Source: the human T2T-CHM13v2.0 reference genome, Homo sapiens. From it: 64,000 nt of DNA. Below the pieces are notes generated by a model. The model ran no database searches, had not been told where the DNA came from, and saw nothing but the letters and a program-made list of their open reading frames with translations. Both the position numbers and the translations under genes were made by a program. Each line of letters opens with the position of its first letter. Positions within the stretch are counted from its first letter, which is position 1. The stretch lies in assembly GCF_009914755.1 (NCBI RefSeq), contig NC_060925.1. One strand, written 5' to 3'. Below are positions 1 through 13,201 of this stretch, piece after piece.

Positions 1-671
1 TGTTCTTTCTTTGTGCTCCCATTTCCTCATTAAAACTGTTATGGAATTGTCATTTTTTTGTTTGTTTACCTACGTCCACCACTAAACAATGATAAGTTTG
101 GGAGCAGAGATAACGTCTTGTTCCCTTTTGTATCTCCGGTGTTTAGACTATTGCCTGGCACGTAATATGATTTTAGTTTTTAAAATGAAAGAATTAAATC
201 ATTAAACTACATTTATAGTATGCATTTATTCCAACTACTATAAATTTGGTTGAGCACTATCATATAGCTCATAGATTGAATGCTTATCCACAAACGATGT
301 CATGATAAATTTTATTAGATGCTTTGTTATGCAAAAAGGAAAACACACATTGATTATACCATTCTCTTAGGGGCCACATTAGAAATGATGTTGAGAGAGG
401 AAATGACATGTGTCTGTTATGCTCCCATATATGGCCTGAGTTGGACACACTCACATGAGACACGATGCGTTGACCTGAACCAAGTACAGAAGACGGATCA
501 TCTTTTGCCACCTCTCTCCCCTTTTCAGACAGTCCATTTCTGACATGGTTAGTTCTACTGTCCCAGTTTACAGATTCCTCTCCCATTCTCTTGGAAATGA
601 CTTAATCACAAAAGAAACTTAATAATGGCAACTTCTCAAGCCATGAAAAATGGCCCTCAGAATAGTTCACC

Positions 672-821
672 TTTTTTTTTTATTATACTTTAAGTTTTAG
701 GGTACATGTGCACAACGTGCAGGTTTGTTACATATGTATACATGTGCCATGATGGTGTGCTGCACCCATTAACTCGTCATTTAGCATTAGGTATATCTCC
801 TAATGCTATAAAAAAAAAAAA
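672..821 (-). mobile_element. L1PA3-like 3' end, severely 5'-truncated, with TSD
   Basis: poly-T then TTATACTTTAAGTTTTAGGGTACATGTGCACAACGTGCAGG...AACTCGTCATTTAGCATTAGGTATATCTCCTAATGCTAT (reverse complement of L1PA 3'UTR end); TSD AGAATAGTTCACC (659-671) / AGAATTGTTCACC (821-833). Confidence 0.95.
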
Positions 822-1364
822 GAATTGTTCACCTTAGTCATTAAATAAGGGCATACTTATCCACCAACTCTCCTTTCTCTTTGGTCAAGGGTTTTTTTTT
901 TTACTTCCTGGTTTGTCTCACCTCAGAATGTCTGAGTAGGTCCCTATAGGCACCTATGTGGGAGCAGCAGAGAATTCCCAGGGCAAAAAGTAGGAAATAC
1001 GTGATACAGCTGAGGCATAGTATGTGAGGTTGCATTTGCATAGTGGCGGTCAGACCAAACATAGAATAACAAGGTGGACGAGCAAAGATGACCCAGGTAC
1101 AAAAAGTGTCTAATGTAAGCAGTAATAATAGCAGCATTTCTGCTTTTCAGTGGGTAAATGAATGAGATGCTCAGCCTCCCCAGGGCAAGAGAGGGAAAAG
1201 GGGAGCATTGTAGATGAAATAATCATTGAGTTGTACAAAATACCAGCTTCAGCCTCAATGAATTACTATAGTACAGAATGAAATGCTTTGGCAAAGTCAA
1301 TGAATAAAAAGGAGAGATTATTCTATTTCCCTTCCTTGGCATCTTACTTACAGGAATAATTTCA

Positions 1365-1480
1365 TTCTGACTCTGTGTAATGAGGTTTATGACCCTGGGC
1401 AAGTGAGTGACTTGGCTGGGCTCCAATTTCTTCATTTATAAAATGAGATGATCACTGAGTTCCATTAGAGCTCTAACATT
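1365..1480 (+). mobile_element. MIR fragment
   Basis: TGACCCTGGGCAAGTGAGTGACTT...TTTCTTCATTTATAAAATGAG resembles MIR core. Confidence 0.6.
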
Positions 1481-1829
1481 AAGATTTTATGAATCTATGT
1501 GCACACAATATACTAGAGTTTAAACTCTGAATTTCCAGAACTATGCAAGTCTGTATTATTGCACATGACTGTTCTAATGGATTCTCTACATTTTCCCAGT
1601 GCTTGGAGATCCCACTGCATTTTGGTTTTTCTTCTTCTGTGTGCTGATTATAATGATATATTAATTGCTCTGGAATTTCCTATTTATAGAAAGAAAAGCC
1701 TCTGAAGAATGCATTCAGGAAAAGTGGTTTACATGGATTATATGAAAATCTTAGCATGTATGCCTTTGGAAATACTCACCTATAACTGCCCATTTAATGA
1801 CTAATTTCCAGAGCTTTCTCATCAGAATT

Positions 1830-2310
1830 ACAAATAACACTGAATGCTTTCCCGTGGCCTCCAGGTTGCATATGATCTGAGAGACTAACTCTGCTTCCTC
1901 TCCTCCTTCCACTCTCCCTCCCTTCCCTAATTCTAGCCACACTGGCTCATTTTCTGCACCTTGATCACATTTAGGCTTTCTGCCTTAGTCTTAAAATCAT
2001 GTTCTTCCTGCTTGGACTCTTCTGTTTGTCTGTATCATCCCTTCTTCTCCTGATTCATCTCTCAGAGCAAACATCGCATCCCTGGAGATGCCTGCCTGAG
2101 ACATCCAGTCTAAATTTGCTCCAGCCACACTCTATTGCTTCATTTTATGTTCCTTTTCAGAATTATTATTGTATTTTTTAAGTTTATGTGTAGTAATATA
2201 TTTATTTCTCTGATCCTCATAAATGGTAAATTTCATTCTATCTTGAATCCTGAGTTCCCAGGAGAATATCTACAACATAATAAATGTAGGATTTATTTGT
2301 TGGCGAAATT
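1830..2310 (+). mobile_element. L2 3' fragment
   Basis: TCTAGCCACACTGGC...; ends CAACATAATAAATGTAGGATTTATTTGTTG, typical of an L2 3' terminus. Confidence 0.5.
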
Positions 2311-2549
2311 AAATAACCACTGAGTGGTACATGGGTCAACATTCAAACGAAAAAGAACAAATACAGAGCTTGAAACTAGAATTCTTGTTTCAATTCTGTC
2401 TCTCATGTGATAGTATATAACCTGGGAATAATAAGTACTGTTTACTTCACAGGTTGTTGCTTATGTTTAGACTTTATATATAGTTACCTGAAATCTCTAC
2501 CTTCGAGAATATTCGAGAAGAATCCATTCATTCTGTCATGTTTTATGTT

Positions 2550-2730
2550 ACAGTGTGAATCTTCATCACTATTAGCTGTGAAAACTTGTGCAAGTTACTT
2601 AGCTCCCCTCAATTTCCTTACCTACGAAACTATGGTAATGACAGTACCTACCTCAGCTGTTAGATTCAGAGTACTTCGGAAATACCTGACACATTGTAAC
2701 CACTTTATAAGTGTGTTACTTGTTTTCATT
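2550..2730 (+). mobile_element. MIR fragment
   Basis: ACTATTAGCTGTGAAAACTTGTGCAAGTTACTTAGC...GTAATGACAGTACCTACCTCA. Confidence 0.65.
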
Positions 2731-3526
2731 GTGTGTCAGCTTCTTTTCCTATTAATAACTCTGATTTAAGCTTAATCATCCTCTGAGGCAGCACTCAAAT
2801 GCCAGGTCTTCTGTAAAGCCTTTACTTATATCCCTGTTTGCCTATTCCTTCCCTACTACATTACACAGAACATTAGTGATTTCTTACATTTCATTCCCTA
2901 GTCAACACTTTAAAACTTGCTTGCTTATTTATTTTCTTTCATAATATAAACTAAAGGATCATCATGAATTTCTCTAGTACATTCATTCAATTCTAGTACA
3001 TTTCTAGGCCATTATTTTGTGGATAAATGTATATTTCCGCAAATAGATGGAATTCTCACTGTCTCAATTTATTTAAAATATTCATTTAAAACATTTGAAT
3101 AAAACAATTTTCTTTTGTAAGCATCATTGGTCATGAATAGAAGGAAAATCAATTTTTAAAAATAGATTTGAGAAAATATTTTTAAGTCAATTGCCTTTTG
3201 ATTTCAAAATACTTCAAAAGGTTCATTCTTCTTGGACTATAATTTATTTACTAAAATTCAAAATGAGATATCTGAGAAAAAAGTTATTGCATTAAATAAG
3301 AAAAAGCCTGTATTTTCAGTCCCAAATGGATGTATATCTGCTATTTTATCAGAAGATTTGCAATTTTAAAATAAATTCAAAAGCTTCCACCATATTTCTT
3401 GGTAAAACTAAAATAGTTATATCCAACAATGAAGTGCAGAGGCAAATACTATACACAAATCATAATTTTCATGTATTTTTTCAGTTATAGTCCACAGTGC
3501 TAATTATTTTATTTTTATACTTGTGC

Positions 3527-3852
3527 TTTCTTTCTTTCTTTTCTTATTTATTTGTTTATTTTTTTGTTTTTTTAGACAGCTTCACTCTGTCACCTGGGCT
3601 TCAGTGCAGTGGTGTGAGCTTGGCTCACTGAAGTTTCAAACTCCAAGGCTCAAGCAATCCTCCTGCCTCAGCCTCCAGAGTAGCTGGGACCACAGACATG
3701 TGACACCACAACTGGCTAATTTTTATATTTTTTTGTAGAGATGGGGTGTTTCCATGTTACCCAGGCTTGTCTCGAACTCTTATGCTCAAGCACTTCACCC
3801 ACCTCAGCCTCCCAAAGTGCTGGGATTACAGACGTGAGCCACTGGGCTCAGC
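3527..3852 (-). mobile_element. AluJ
   Basis: T-rich tail then dimeric Alu reverse complement with GCTCAAGCAATCCTCC (AluJ diagnostic). Confidence 0.93.
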
Positions 3853-4479
3853 AAATTTTTCCTAAATGTATTTAGAAGTTGAACAAGCATAATTATTTTA
3901 TTTATTTCTAGTCAGTCATCTTTTCTATTTCCTGTAATAACTGATCAAAAATCCTCTATCCATCACCCCAAGACCCCAGGTATACACATGCAGGATCTTC
4001 ATCTGCAGATAAAATCTGATATGAGCTTTTTGATTTCTTTCTGCCTCCAGTCATAAAACTCTTGGTACTCATTTACATTTACTTCCTTTCATTCTGTGTA
4101 AAATGAAAGCATCCAGTTTCAAGCTCAATCCCTTCCTGTGCTTGACTGATTGGAGTAAAAAGACTATTAGATATACTTCATTTAGATACACAGTACCTGA
4201 ACATAAATCCCTGAACCTAATTTCGCTCACTTAGTAATCACAGGCCAATGGGTTATTGAATTAGCAATGTACACAGGAAAGTCCTAAATAAATTGATTGT
4301 TTTCTTCTGCTTTCTTTTCCCTCTTAAATTCAAAACTCTCTAAGACCTCAATTGTCTTTTTCTCTTAGTATCTGTTCAATGATGGATGATTCCTTTTTCT
4401 TCTGTTCCTCTCTAATATATTCAATCTCTCATTTTTAAATTTTCATCTTGTCTGTATTCAAATTATGCCCCTACCAAAA

Positions 4480-5940
4480 ACACACACATAAAGAAGGAAA
4501 CTATACCAAATTGCTTAAGATCAGTGATGAAGAGAAAACCTTAAAGCAAACAGAAAAAAACTGAATTATATGCAAAGGAACAAAAACACACATGAGAGTA
4601 GTTTCTTGTAGAAATAAGACCAACCAGAAGATGGTGAAGCAAAACCTTAAAAGGAATGAAAGAAAAAAATTTCAACCGACATAATAATGTACATTTGACC
4701 AAATTAAATTCAAAACCAAAGGCAAAGACAAAAACTTTCTAAGAACAAGAAAATGGAAATAATTCAGCAGTAGCAGACCTGCACTGTAAGATATATTTAA
4801 AAAAAAAGAAAAGTCCTTCAGGAAGAAGAAAAGTGACAGCCCCTGGAAATCCAAATTTACAACAAGAAAAGAAGAGCACTAGAAATTGTCACTATGTGAA
4901 TAAATAGAATTTTTCTCACTAATTAAATCTCTTTAAATAATAATTGATTGTTTAAGGCAAAAATTGTAACAATGAATTGTGAGTTTTGTAACATTCATCA
5001 GAAGTAAAATGTATAAGCAAAAAAAATCACAAAGAAGAAAGAGATAAGCAGGAGTATATTCTTGTAAAGTTCACAGGGAAGTGGTATCATATCACTTTAT
5101 GGTAGACTGGAGTAAGTTAAAGATGTATGCTGTAAACCCTAAAGAAAAAGAAATCACTAATATAATACAATAAAGAGTTATGGTTCAAAAGCCAATGGAG
5201 CACGTATAATAGAACCATAAAAATACTCAGTGAGTTCAAAAGATGTCAGCAAAGAGGGAAAATTGAACAATGAACACTGGAGAAAAATAGGAAACAAATA
5301 GTAGAATGACATACTTAAGTTCAAGTATATCAAAATTCACATGACATATAAATGCTCTACTGACTCCAATGAAAATACAGAGATTTTCAGATTGGAGAAG
5401 AAAGCAGGACCCAACTATTAACTGCCAACAAGAATCCAAAATCCATTTTAAATATAAAGACACAGAAAGTTAAAAATAAAAGATGGAAAAAGATGCAGTA
5501 TGTTAACACTAATCCAAAATAATCTAGAGTGGCTGTAGCAATATCACACAACATATATTACCCAGCAAAGAGTATGAACAGAGATAAAGAAGGTCATTTC
5601 AAAACGATAAAGGGGTCAACGCATCAAGACAACATAAAGTCCCGTGTTTATGAACCTAATAACAGAGCTTCAACATTCATGAAGCAAAAACTGATAGACC
5701 TGAAAGAGGAAATAGAAGAATCCACAATTATAGTTGGAAACTTCAACAACCCTTTCTCTATAATTGATAGGACAAATAGACAGAAAATCATTAAGAACAT
5801 AGAAATATTGGCCAATATTATCAACCTACTTGACCACCCCGCAGTTATGCAGACTACCCACCTTTTCAAGTATATTGGAACATTTAAGACAGTGTTTCAT
5901 GAAAGAACTGCCAACAAATCTAAAAGAAAGAAACATTTTC
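4480..5940 (+). mobile_element. old L1M fragment (ORF1 3' part, inter-ORF, ORF2 endonuclease start)
   Basis: ORF 5529-5948 contains L1 endonuclease motifs RDKEGHF..IKGS, VYEPNNRASTFMKQKL, TIIVGNFNNPFS.IDR; A-rich L1 sense strand. Confidence 0.9.
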
Positions 5941-6199
5941 CAGACTAACTTTCTCTAAGAAAAAAAATAATTTATTCCTGGCCACTTATTGCACAATATT
6001 TTCAAACGTTTGCCTTAGATCATAACAGTTTTTCATGTCAACACTTACAAGTTCGTATCAAAATTTCTCTGCTCTTTTCACCATTGCCCTCTGTCCAAAT
6101 TGCTGTCCACCTCCTTTGTGCTACCTTGGAACTTTGCCCATAACCGTGTCATAAAACTTTGCCTGTTGGAATCAGCTAGACTGTGAATTACCCTCAAGC

Positions 6200-7886
6200 C
6201 TCATTTCTTTTTTATGGTAAAACCTATGCTGACTTCTCAGTCTTCATCTTACTCTAACTCTCAGCAGCATTTGACAAGATTGATTCTCCTTGTTTTTTGA
6301 AACGCTTTCTGTCCAGCTAGCTGTCATGACATCATCACATGCTCTCAACTTTTCTACAACTGCTCTGGTCTCTGCTTATCCGCCTCTCTCTGGTCCAGGT
6401 GAACCTCCCCTGCTGGATTCATGCTGCTGGGTATGAGAGTCCTGCATGAGGTATGAGAGTCCTTTAAGTATGTTCTATTTTATTCACTCTCATCTTTCTT
6501 TAATATCTCTTCCAGTTCCGTGGCTTTACAAACCATTTGCATGCTGACAGACCCCAAATTTCTTTTTTTTTCCTTTCAAGAGTGAGACTCCCTTCACTAG
6601 AAAGAAAAATAAAAATTTTTAAAAACACCAAATGTTTATCTTCAGCACACACATCTCCCTGAACCCCAGCCTCTGACATCTATCTGCCTACTTGCCATTT
6701 CCACTGGCATGTCCCAGTCCTAGCCTGTCCCAACATGAGCCCTGAGTCTTCTCTTCTCTCAAACCTTCTCCTAGCACAGGCTTTCACATTTCATTAAAGG
6801 TAATTCCATTCCTGCAGTTGTTCAGGCTAAAATCCCTGGAGTCATTTCCAGCTCTGTTCATTTGTCTCCTGTAATATAGCCAGTCCCTTAGCAAGTTCTC
6901 TGACCCCTGTCTTCAGAATCTATGCAGAGCTCACACCTACTCCACTGTCACCACCCTGGCCCAAACCACCGTTCTCTCTTACCCGGATTGTCATAGAGGC
7001 TTCTCAACCTGTCTTCTAACTGATGCCCTCACTCTCTTCAGCCTGTGCTCAACATGGCAGGTCATGTGAGCCTGTGATTCAAAATCTGCTCATGGCTTCA
7101 CATTACACTCGGATAAAAGGTAAGCCTATTGCAAAAGTCTAGGGTCTTTCAGGGTTTCACACCCCACCTCCAGCTCATTACCTCTACTCTTCCTCTGTGT
7201 ATCGCTCTGATACACTAGAGCTTCCTCACTGCTGTTCAAATATCCCAGCAAAATCCTTTATACTTGCTATTCCTTCTGCCTAGATACAAGGGTGTCCAAT
7301 CTTTTGGCTTCCCTGGGCTACAGTGGAAGAAAAAGAATGTCTTGGGCCACACACAGAATACACTAATGATAGCTGATGAGCTAAAAAGAAAAAAAAATCA
7401 CAAAAAAAATCTCGTAATGTTTTAAGAAAGTTTATGGATTTGAGTTGGGCCATATTCAAAGCTGTCCTGGGCAACATACAGCCCATGGACCTTGGGTTGG
7501 ACAAGCTTGGCCTAGAACATTCTACTCCCAATTATCCGCATGGTTCATTATCTCACTGCTGCCAAATGTTGACTCAAATGTTATCTTCCTAGAACAGCCC
7601 TCCCTGATGGTCTCTAGGGAGATGAAACTCCCCTGACCACCTTTACCTCCTTCCTACTTTATGTCTTTCTGTAAAACATATCACCATGTGGCCCATTATA
7701 TATTTTAGTTATTTAATTAATGTATTGGTTCTCTCTCCTCCCTAGAACATAAGCTCCAGAGGGCAGGGGTTTTTGTCTGTTTTACTTACCACACTTTTCC
7801 TAGCACTTAAAACAGTGCTTGATACATAGAAGGCACTCAAGAAGTATTTGTAGAAATTGGAAAGGTATAAAACAAGTGAATGAATT
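6200..7886 (+). mobile_element. L2 (L2a-like) RT-to-3' fragment, interrupted by MER30
   Basis: CTCTCAGCAGCATTTGACA (LSAAFD RT motif) at ~6258; terminal CTAGAACATAAGCTCCAGAGGGCAGGG...AGGCACTCAAGAAGTATTTG...GAATGAAT. Confidence 0.85.
7287..7509 (+). mobile_element. MER30 (hAT-Charlie MITE)
   Basis: CAAGGGTGTCCAATCTTTTGGCTTCCCTGGGC...GGGTTGGACAAGCTTG termini; flanks GCCTAGATA / GCCTAGAA fit a hAT CTAG-centred TSD. Confidence 0.9.
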
Positions 7887-9564
7887 AGTGCATAAATTAT
7901 TTCTCTGGACTTAACCTCATTTCTACAATAAATGAAAATCAGAGTAAGCATTTATTGACATGGAAAGGAAAGCCTGGGCAAAGAAGACAAAGTTAAAATG
8001 AGAAAAAGGACAATAAAGATGAATGAAAGACAAAAGTAATGTACAATTATTCTCTTTTCTAGTCTTCATGTCTGATTTAGGAAAAGAAGAATTGTTTTGG
8101 ACAGCTTATGCTATTCTTTATTTCAGCATAAGCACTGAATTTTTATTTTCATTTTTCAAGCTCCCTGTGCCCTACTTTCTTTACGTTTTTAAATAACAAT
8201 GATCCACCCCCTCAGATGGGTTCTGTCAGCTATCTTGACCTTTGTCTCAATCTTATTTTTCTGTTTGACCTACCCACTATGCTGAGAAGACATTTATATT
8301 TAAGTCTCTGTTAAACAAGTCCAAAAGAATACACCAGTTTCTTTCAGAAGAGACTGTATTTTGTCCTCAAGGAATAAAATTGTTTAAATGTTACTGGAGA
8401 CATAATTGCTGTTATGCTTCCATTTTTAAAATTTTTACATTTATATGTAACCCTACTTTAGTCAAGTTATGTCACGAACATTTCCAAATATTTCCCCTCA
8501 CTTCACAAAAGTCATTTTCTCAGGATTTTAATAGAATAAAACTGAAGGTGTGTCCATCTGTACCTATTCATTGTAGTTTGTACAGACTCTCATATTATTA
8601 AGACAAAAGCCACTCTATTTTTTAGAGGTTTATTATATACAAACTTGTTGCTTTTTCTGTAACTAGAGGGACACTGTAATTGCCATATATAGCTGTTTCT
8701 CATTGTTACAATTTGAAGACACTGTTTAAGCATTAACACAAATTGCTAGTCAATCAATCAGCAATCATATCTTGAGCAGAGAACATGCCCTCACAGATCT
8801 AATGATTCAGCAGTGTGATCAGCTATACAACCAGGATATAAGATTTAAATTCATAGAACATTGGTGTTAGACACAAGAATGCTACTGTAACTCATATACA
8901 AGTGAGCATGAAATGGATCTTCCCTTTTGATCTCCTTTGAGACAGCATGTAGCAACCTTCTGCCCAGAGTCTGGAGTCAGGTATAAAACTAATCAAAGCA
9001 GGAAACAAACAAAAGGAAAAAATTAATTGAGTGTGTTTTCTGCTAACACAGCAATTGAAAGACAACTCATGCTCATTGAAAGCCAGAGTAGAGTGTGTAA
9101 ACCATTCTTTATTTCCATTATGTACAAAGTTATACAGGCAATGCAACCTATCATATAAATTTGTACAAGTTTTAGCAAAGCCAAAAACAGCTTTGAAGAG
9201 GCCAGGTTTAAGTTCCCTAAAGGGGAAGGATGGAGACATTAGTGTGATGAGTGATGAGAAATGACCATCCTGCTGTTGAAGAAAGGAATTCACCTGAGGG
9301 ATGGACCTCCTGACAGTCACTAGTTGTGGTCTCTGAGAAGTTTTGCTTCCTGATAGTCCTGAATTGTGGTCTCTAGGGCTTGGAAACCTCCAGAATCACA
9401 TGATTCTGCAGGGTTTGGAACTCTGCCTATTTGTTTCTGGTTTGGATTTCATCTAACAATTTGAGGGGAGCAACTGGATGACCTGGATATGGCCACCCCA
9501 GAAATAAGCACCTGGTGTTACTACTAAAGTAGGTTCCCATCTTTCTAGTCATTGTGAACCTTGC

Positions 9565-10054
9565 ACTGCAGGATATGCTCTGTTTCCTCTCAGACATTCC
9601 CTGCCAGTCTCCTGTCTACTCTGCATCTCAGGAAACATTTTCCATGCTCCCTTATCCTCTGACTTTGGGATGGGTTCAGTCCATTGGAAGCAGAGCTTGA
9701 GGAGGGGAGAAGCCTAATAATGGAGTGTCACTCCCACCCCTGCCCCTCTCCTTCCTGGCATCTCCTCAGTCATGTCAGTTCTCACCGGATAGGACCTTTC
9801 TTTATGTCACAACTGCCAACAGAAAGTCACCTGGATGTTTTCCGCTCTTGCCATCTTCCCAGTTCCTGTTAACATTATCTCTACTTGTCCCTGCAGTCAT
9901 CGGGTAACAGTGGCTTCAGATTGTGGCTAAATTTGGGGTCCTTTTATTGTCTGTCTTTGGCTTGTCAGGTCTTCCATCACCTATGTATTAAGTTATTTTA
10001 TTTGGAAGGAGCTAATGTCATTTCTGTTTTGCTGCTAGATATTGATTGATTCAC
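9565..10054 (+). mobile_element. ERVL LTR (LTR33-like)
   Basis: GCTCCCTTATCCTCTGACTTTGGGATGGGTTCAGTCCATTGGAAGCA...GGTAACAGTGGCTTC...TTCTGTTTTGCTGCTAGATATTGATTGATTCA follows the LTR33 layout. Confidence 0.6.
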
Positions 10055-10251
10055 AGGTTGTCAATAGAGTTGCCTCCTCAACCCCCTTCTTAGTGGGTTT
10101 TGCTAAACTATAGAACAGTGTAATATTAAATAGACCACTAACTGTTTTCTCAATCCAGCAAATAATAGCCCTGATGAGCCATAGTCTATGGCTTTCATAG
10201 CGTTTTTCTCTCTGTAATTTTGTCTTTTAAAATATTTTCTTAGGTATTCTT

Positions 10252-10547
10252 GGCTGGGCGCAGTGGCTCAAGTCTGTAATCCCAGCACTTTGGGAGACCG
10301 AGGCAGGCAGATCCCTTGAGATCAAGAGTTCATGACCAGCCTGGCCAACATGGTGAAACCCTGTCTCTACTAAAATTTTTTTTAAAAAGAAAAATTAGCC
10401 AGGCGTGGTGGCCTGTGCCTGTAGTCCTAGCTACTTGGGAGCCTGAGACAGAAGAACTGCTTGAATCCGGGAGAGAGAGGTTGCAGCGAGCTGAGATGGC
10501 CTGGATGACAGAGCGAGACTCTGTCTCAAAATAAATAAATAAATTAA

Positions 10548-10582
<35 letters not shown>

Positions 10583-10590
10583 AATAAAAT
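10252..10590 (+). mobile_element. AluS with (AAAT)n tail and small right-arm deletion
   Basis: Full dimer; lacks CACTGCACTCCAG near 10500; TSD AAAATATTTTCTTAGGTATT / AAAATATGTTCTTAGGGATT. Confidence 0.95.
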
Positions 10591-10882
10591 ATGTTCTTAG
10601 GGATTATTTAAGATGGTTGGTTGAGACAGGATTTGAAAGGAAACGTTAGCCTGAAGTGACGTTTACCTCGGACTTTTAGTCTAATTAGTCAGGCTATTGT
10701 CCTTAATGGTCATTTTAAATTATAATTAATATTATTAGGACTTCTACTCTAAAACAACCTTTCTTACACTTAGCACAATTTCTTTTTTTTTCTGTTTCAT
10801 AAAAAAAAATAGCAACCACTCTAAGAGAATTGCCTCCCTTTCCTACTCCCCTCCCCACTCCAGTCCCCCTGCTGCCCCGCCA

Positions 10883-10891
10883 ACACACACA

Positions 10892-10929
<38 letters not shown>
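10883..10929 (+). repeat. (CA)n microsatellite
   Basis: Directly visible. Confidence 0.97.
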
Positions 10930-10933
<4 letters not shown>

Positions 10934-11545
10934 GTGTTCTGTCCCTGAAGCCTCGGATTCCGTGACATCGCTCTCCTTGTCTAAGAGGATCGCTTTCTTA
11001 CCTGTGTTCCAGACCTGATGGGCTCCCAATTTCTGTCTGCTCAACCTCTCTCTCTCTTCCTAGGGTTCTTTACCTTTTATTTTAGATCATTCCCCTCAGA
11101 AAAGTTAGAATCTTATACTTTAAAAAAAAAAAAGAGTTTACCTTCTGCTATGCGTTCCCTCTCACTCTCTTTCCTTTTATACCCAAACTTTATGGAAGAT
11201 TATTTAAAGTCATACCTTCTAATTTGTCACCTCTTGCTCCATTATCATCAATTTATGTTTCCTCTTTCCACTAGTCTCTACTAACTTCTTTAACTTCTTA
11301 AAACTCATTGGTAAATCTTATTTAGTCTGTGCAGCATTTACTACCTTAGACCACTCCACTATGCTTTCTTGATTATTAACTTGTTATATGACAGCCTCCT
11401 CTCCTGAGTCTCAATTACATTCTCATTTATTTTCTTTGTCTCTTCTTTGCCCTGTGTGTATTGCAACTCCTGGTTTCTTCCTTTGTCATTCTCAAAGATC
11501 CATTCATCTACTTTTCTGGGCAAAATGGTGCGTTCCAAGTGGCAA

Positions 11546-11940
11546 TTTTTAGAGTTACACTACTTGGTTCAGCCAGCATTTTCCTAGTGGATATAAAGAG
11601 GAAAATATATACATACGTACATACATATACATACATACATATATATACACACACACATACATACATATATATGTATGTATGTATGTACACTATTTGGTTA
11701 AGCCAGCATTTCCCTAGTGGATATAAAGAGGAAAATACATACATACATACACAGACATACATACGTACATATGTACGTATGTGTGTGTGTGTGTATATAT
11801 ATGTATGTATGTATGTACATATATATTTTCCTCTTTATAGCCACTAGGGAAATGCTGGCTTAATCAAATAGTGTAACTAAAAATATATATGTATTTATGT
11901 GTATATGTATATACACGTATGTATGTATGTATGTATATAT
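11546..11940. repeat. Complex direct + inverted repeat with (TACA)/(TATG)/(CA) microsatellites
   Basis: Unit TACACTAyTTGrTTmAGCCAGCATTTyCCTAGTGGmTATAAAGAGGAAAATA at ~11556, ~11686 and inverted at ~11824-11875. Confidence 0.95.
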
Positions 11941-12883
11941 TTGAGAATATCTCCACTTGTAGAAATGCTATAAAGAATGTGTTCTCTAGTCAGATTAGTT
12001 CAGATAGCAATTGACTAGAGAAAAGGTAACAGCAAGAGCATACTACTTGCCATGCACTGTTTCTAAAAATGTTTTCATATCACTTTTTAAAATGAGCATG
12101 TATTAACATCTTTTGTCACTATTGTTGGGCAGAAGCCAGGTTGGAAAATTGAAGGTGATAATACTGTCTCAGGAGGACTCCTGTATACATTTGCACTAAG
12201 ATACATTAATTTATTTGAACTCTTTAGTAACCTCTTTAGTGCAGGCAGAAATAACACACTATCTGTTGTGTTGGAATATAAGATGGGCAAGTTTTGGTAA
12301 AAAGGAAATGACAGGACTCAGATAATGTAGAACCATGAAAAAACACCAACCTGGGATAACGTAGGTATTCTGAGAATTTTTGGACAATTTCAGGACAATT
12401 TCAGTGAGATAATAGACATATTAGATAAATGAAAGACTGAATGAGACAATTGTTCTGGGCCACTGATAAGAAAAAAGTGAGAAAAATTGTTAAAAAACAG
12501 TTTTATACGATAATGAAAGTAAACTCTTCAAAATATGCACAATTTCTTTTCACCAATTTCATCAGAATACCAAGATAAAAATCTCTGAAAATATAAAAAA
12601 AACCCTTTTACTTAAAACGATTGTATTTACTTTTCATAAACGATAAGGCTATAACTAATCCAATACGCAAAGAAAACAACCTAGTATCTGAAGATAACTG
12701 AATTTGTGCTATTATATCTACAGAACATTTATTTTTCTTGAAGTTTTTATTTGCAATAGGAAAATGAGGAAACAAAATTGAATTTCAGTAAACACACAAA
12801 GAAAAATTTTGGTTATAAACATTTTGCGTATCGTCCAGCTGCAGTGAATACATACTTTTTAAAGTCATGGAAAATTTTGTTTC

Positions 12884-13201
<318 letters not shown>

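Noticed and set aside
5529-5948. 139-aa ORF
   Set aside because: Decayed L1 ORF2 endonuclease fragment, not a host gene.
11461-11847. 128-aa and 84-aa Tyr/Thr/His/Val-rich ORFs
   Set aside because: Translations of TA/CA microsatellites within the inverted repeat.
11546-11883. CRISPR-like repeat-spacer interpretation of the triplicated unit
   Set aside because: Eukaryotic context, one copy inverted, spacers are microsatellites, no cas genes.
12300-12470. Possible hAT-Blackjack (MER94-like) remnant
   Set aside because: Too degenerate to support by eye.
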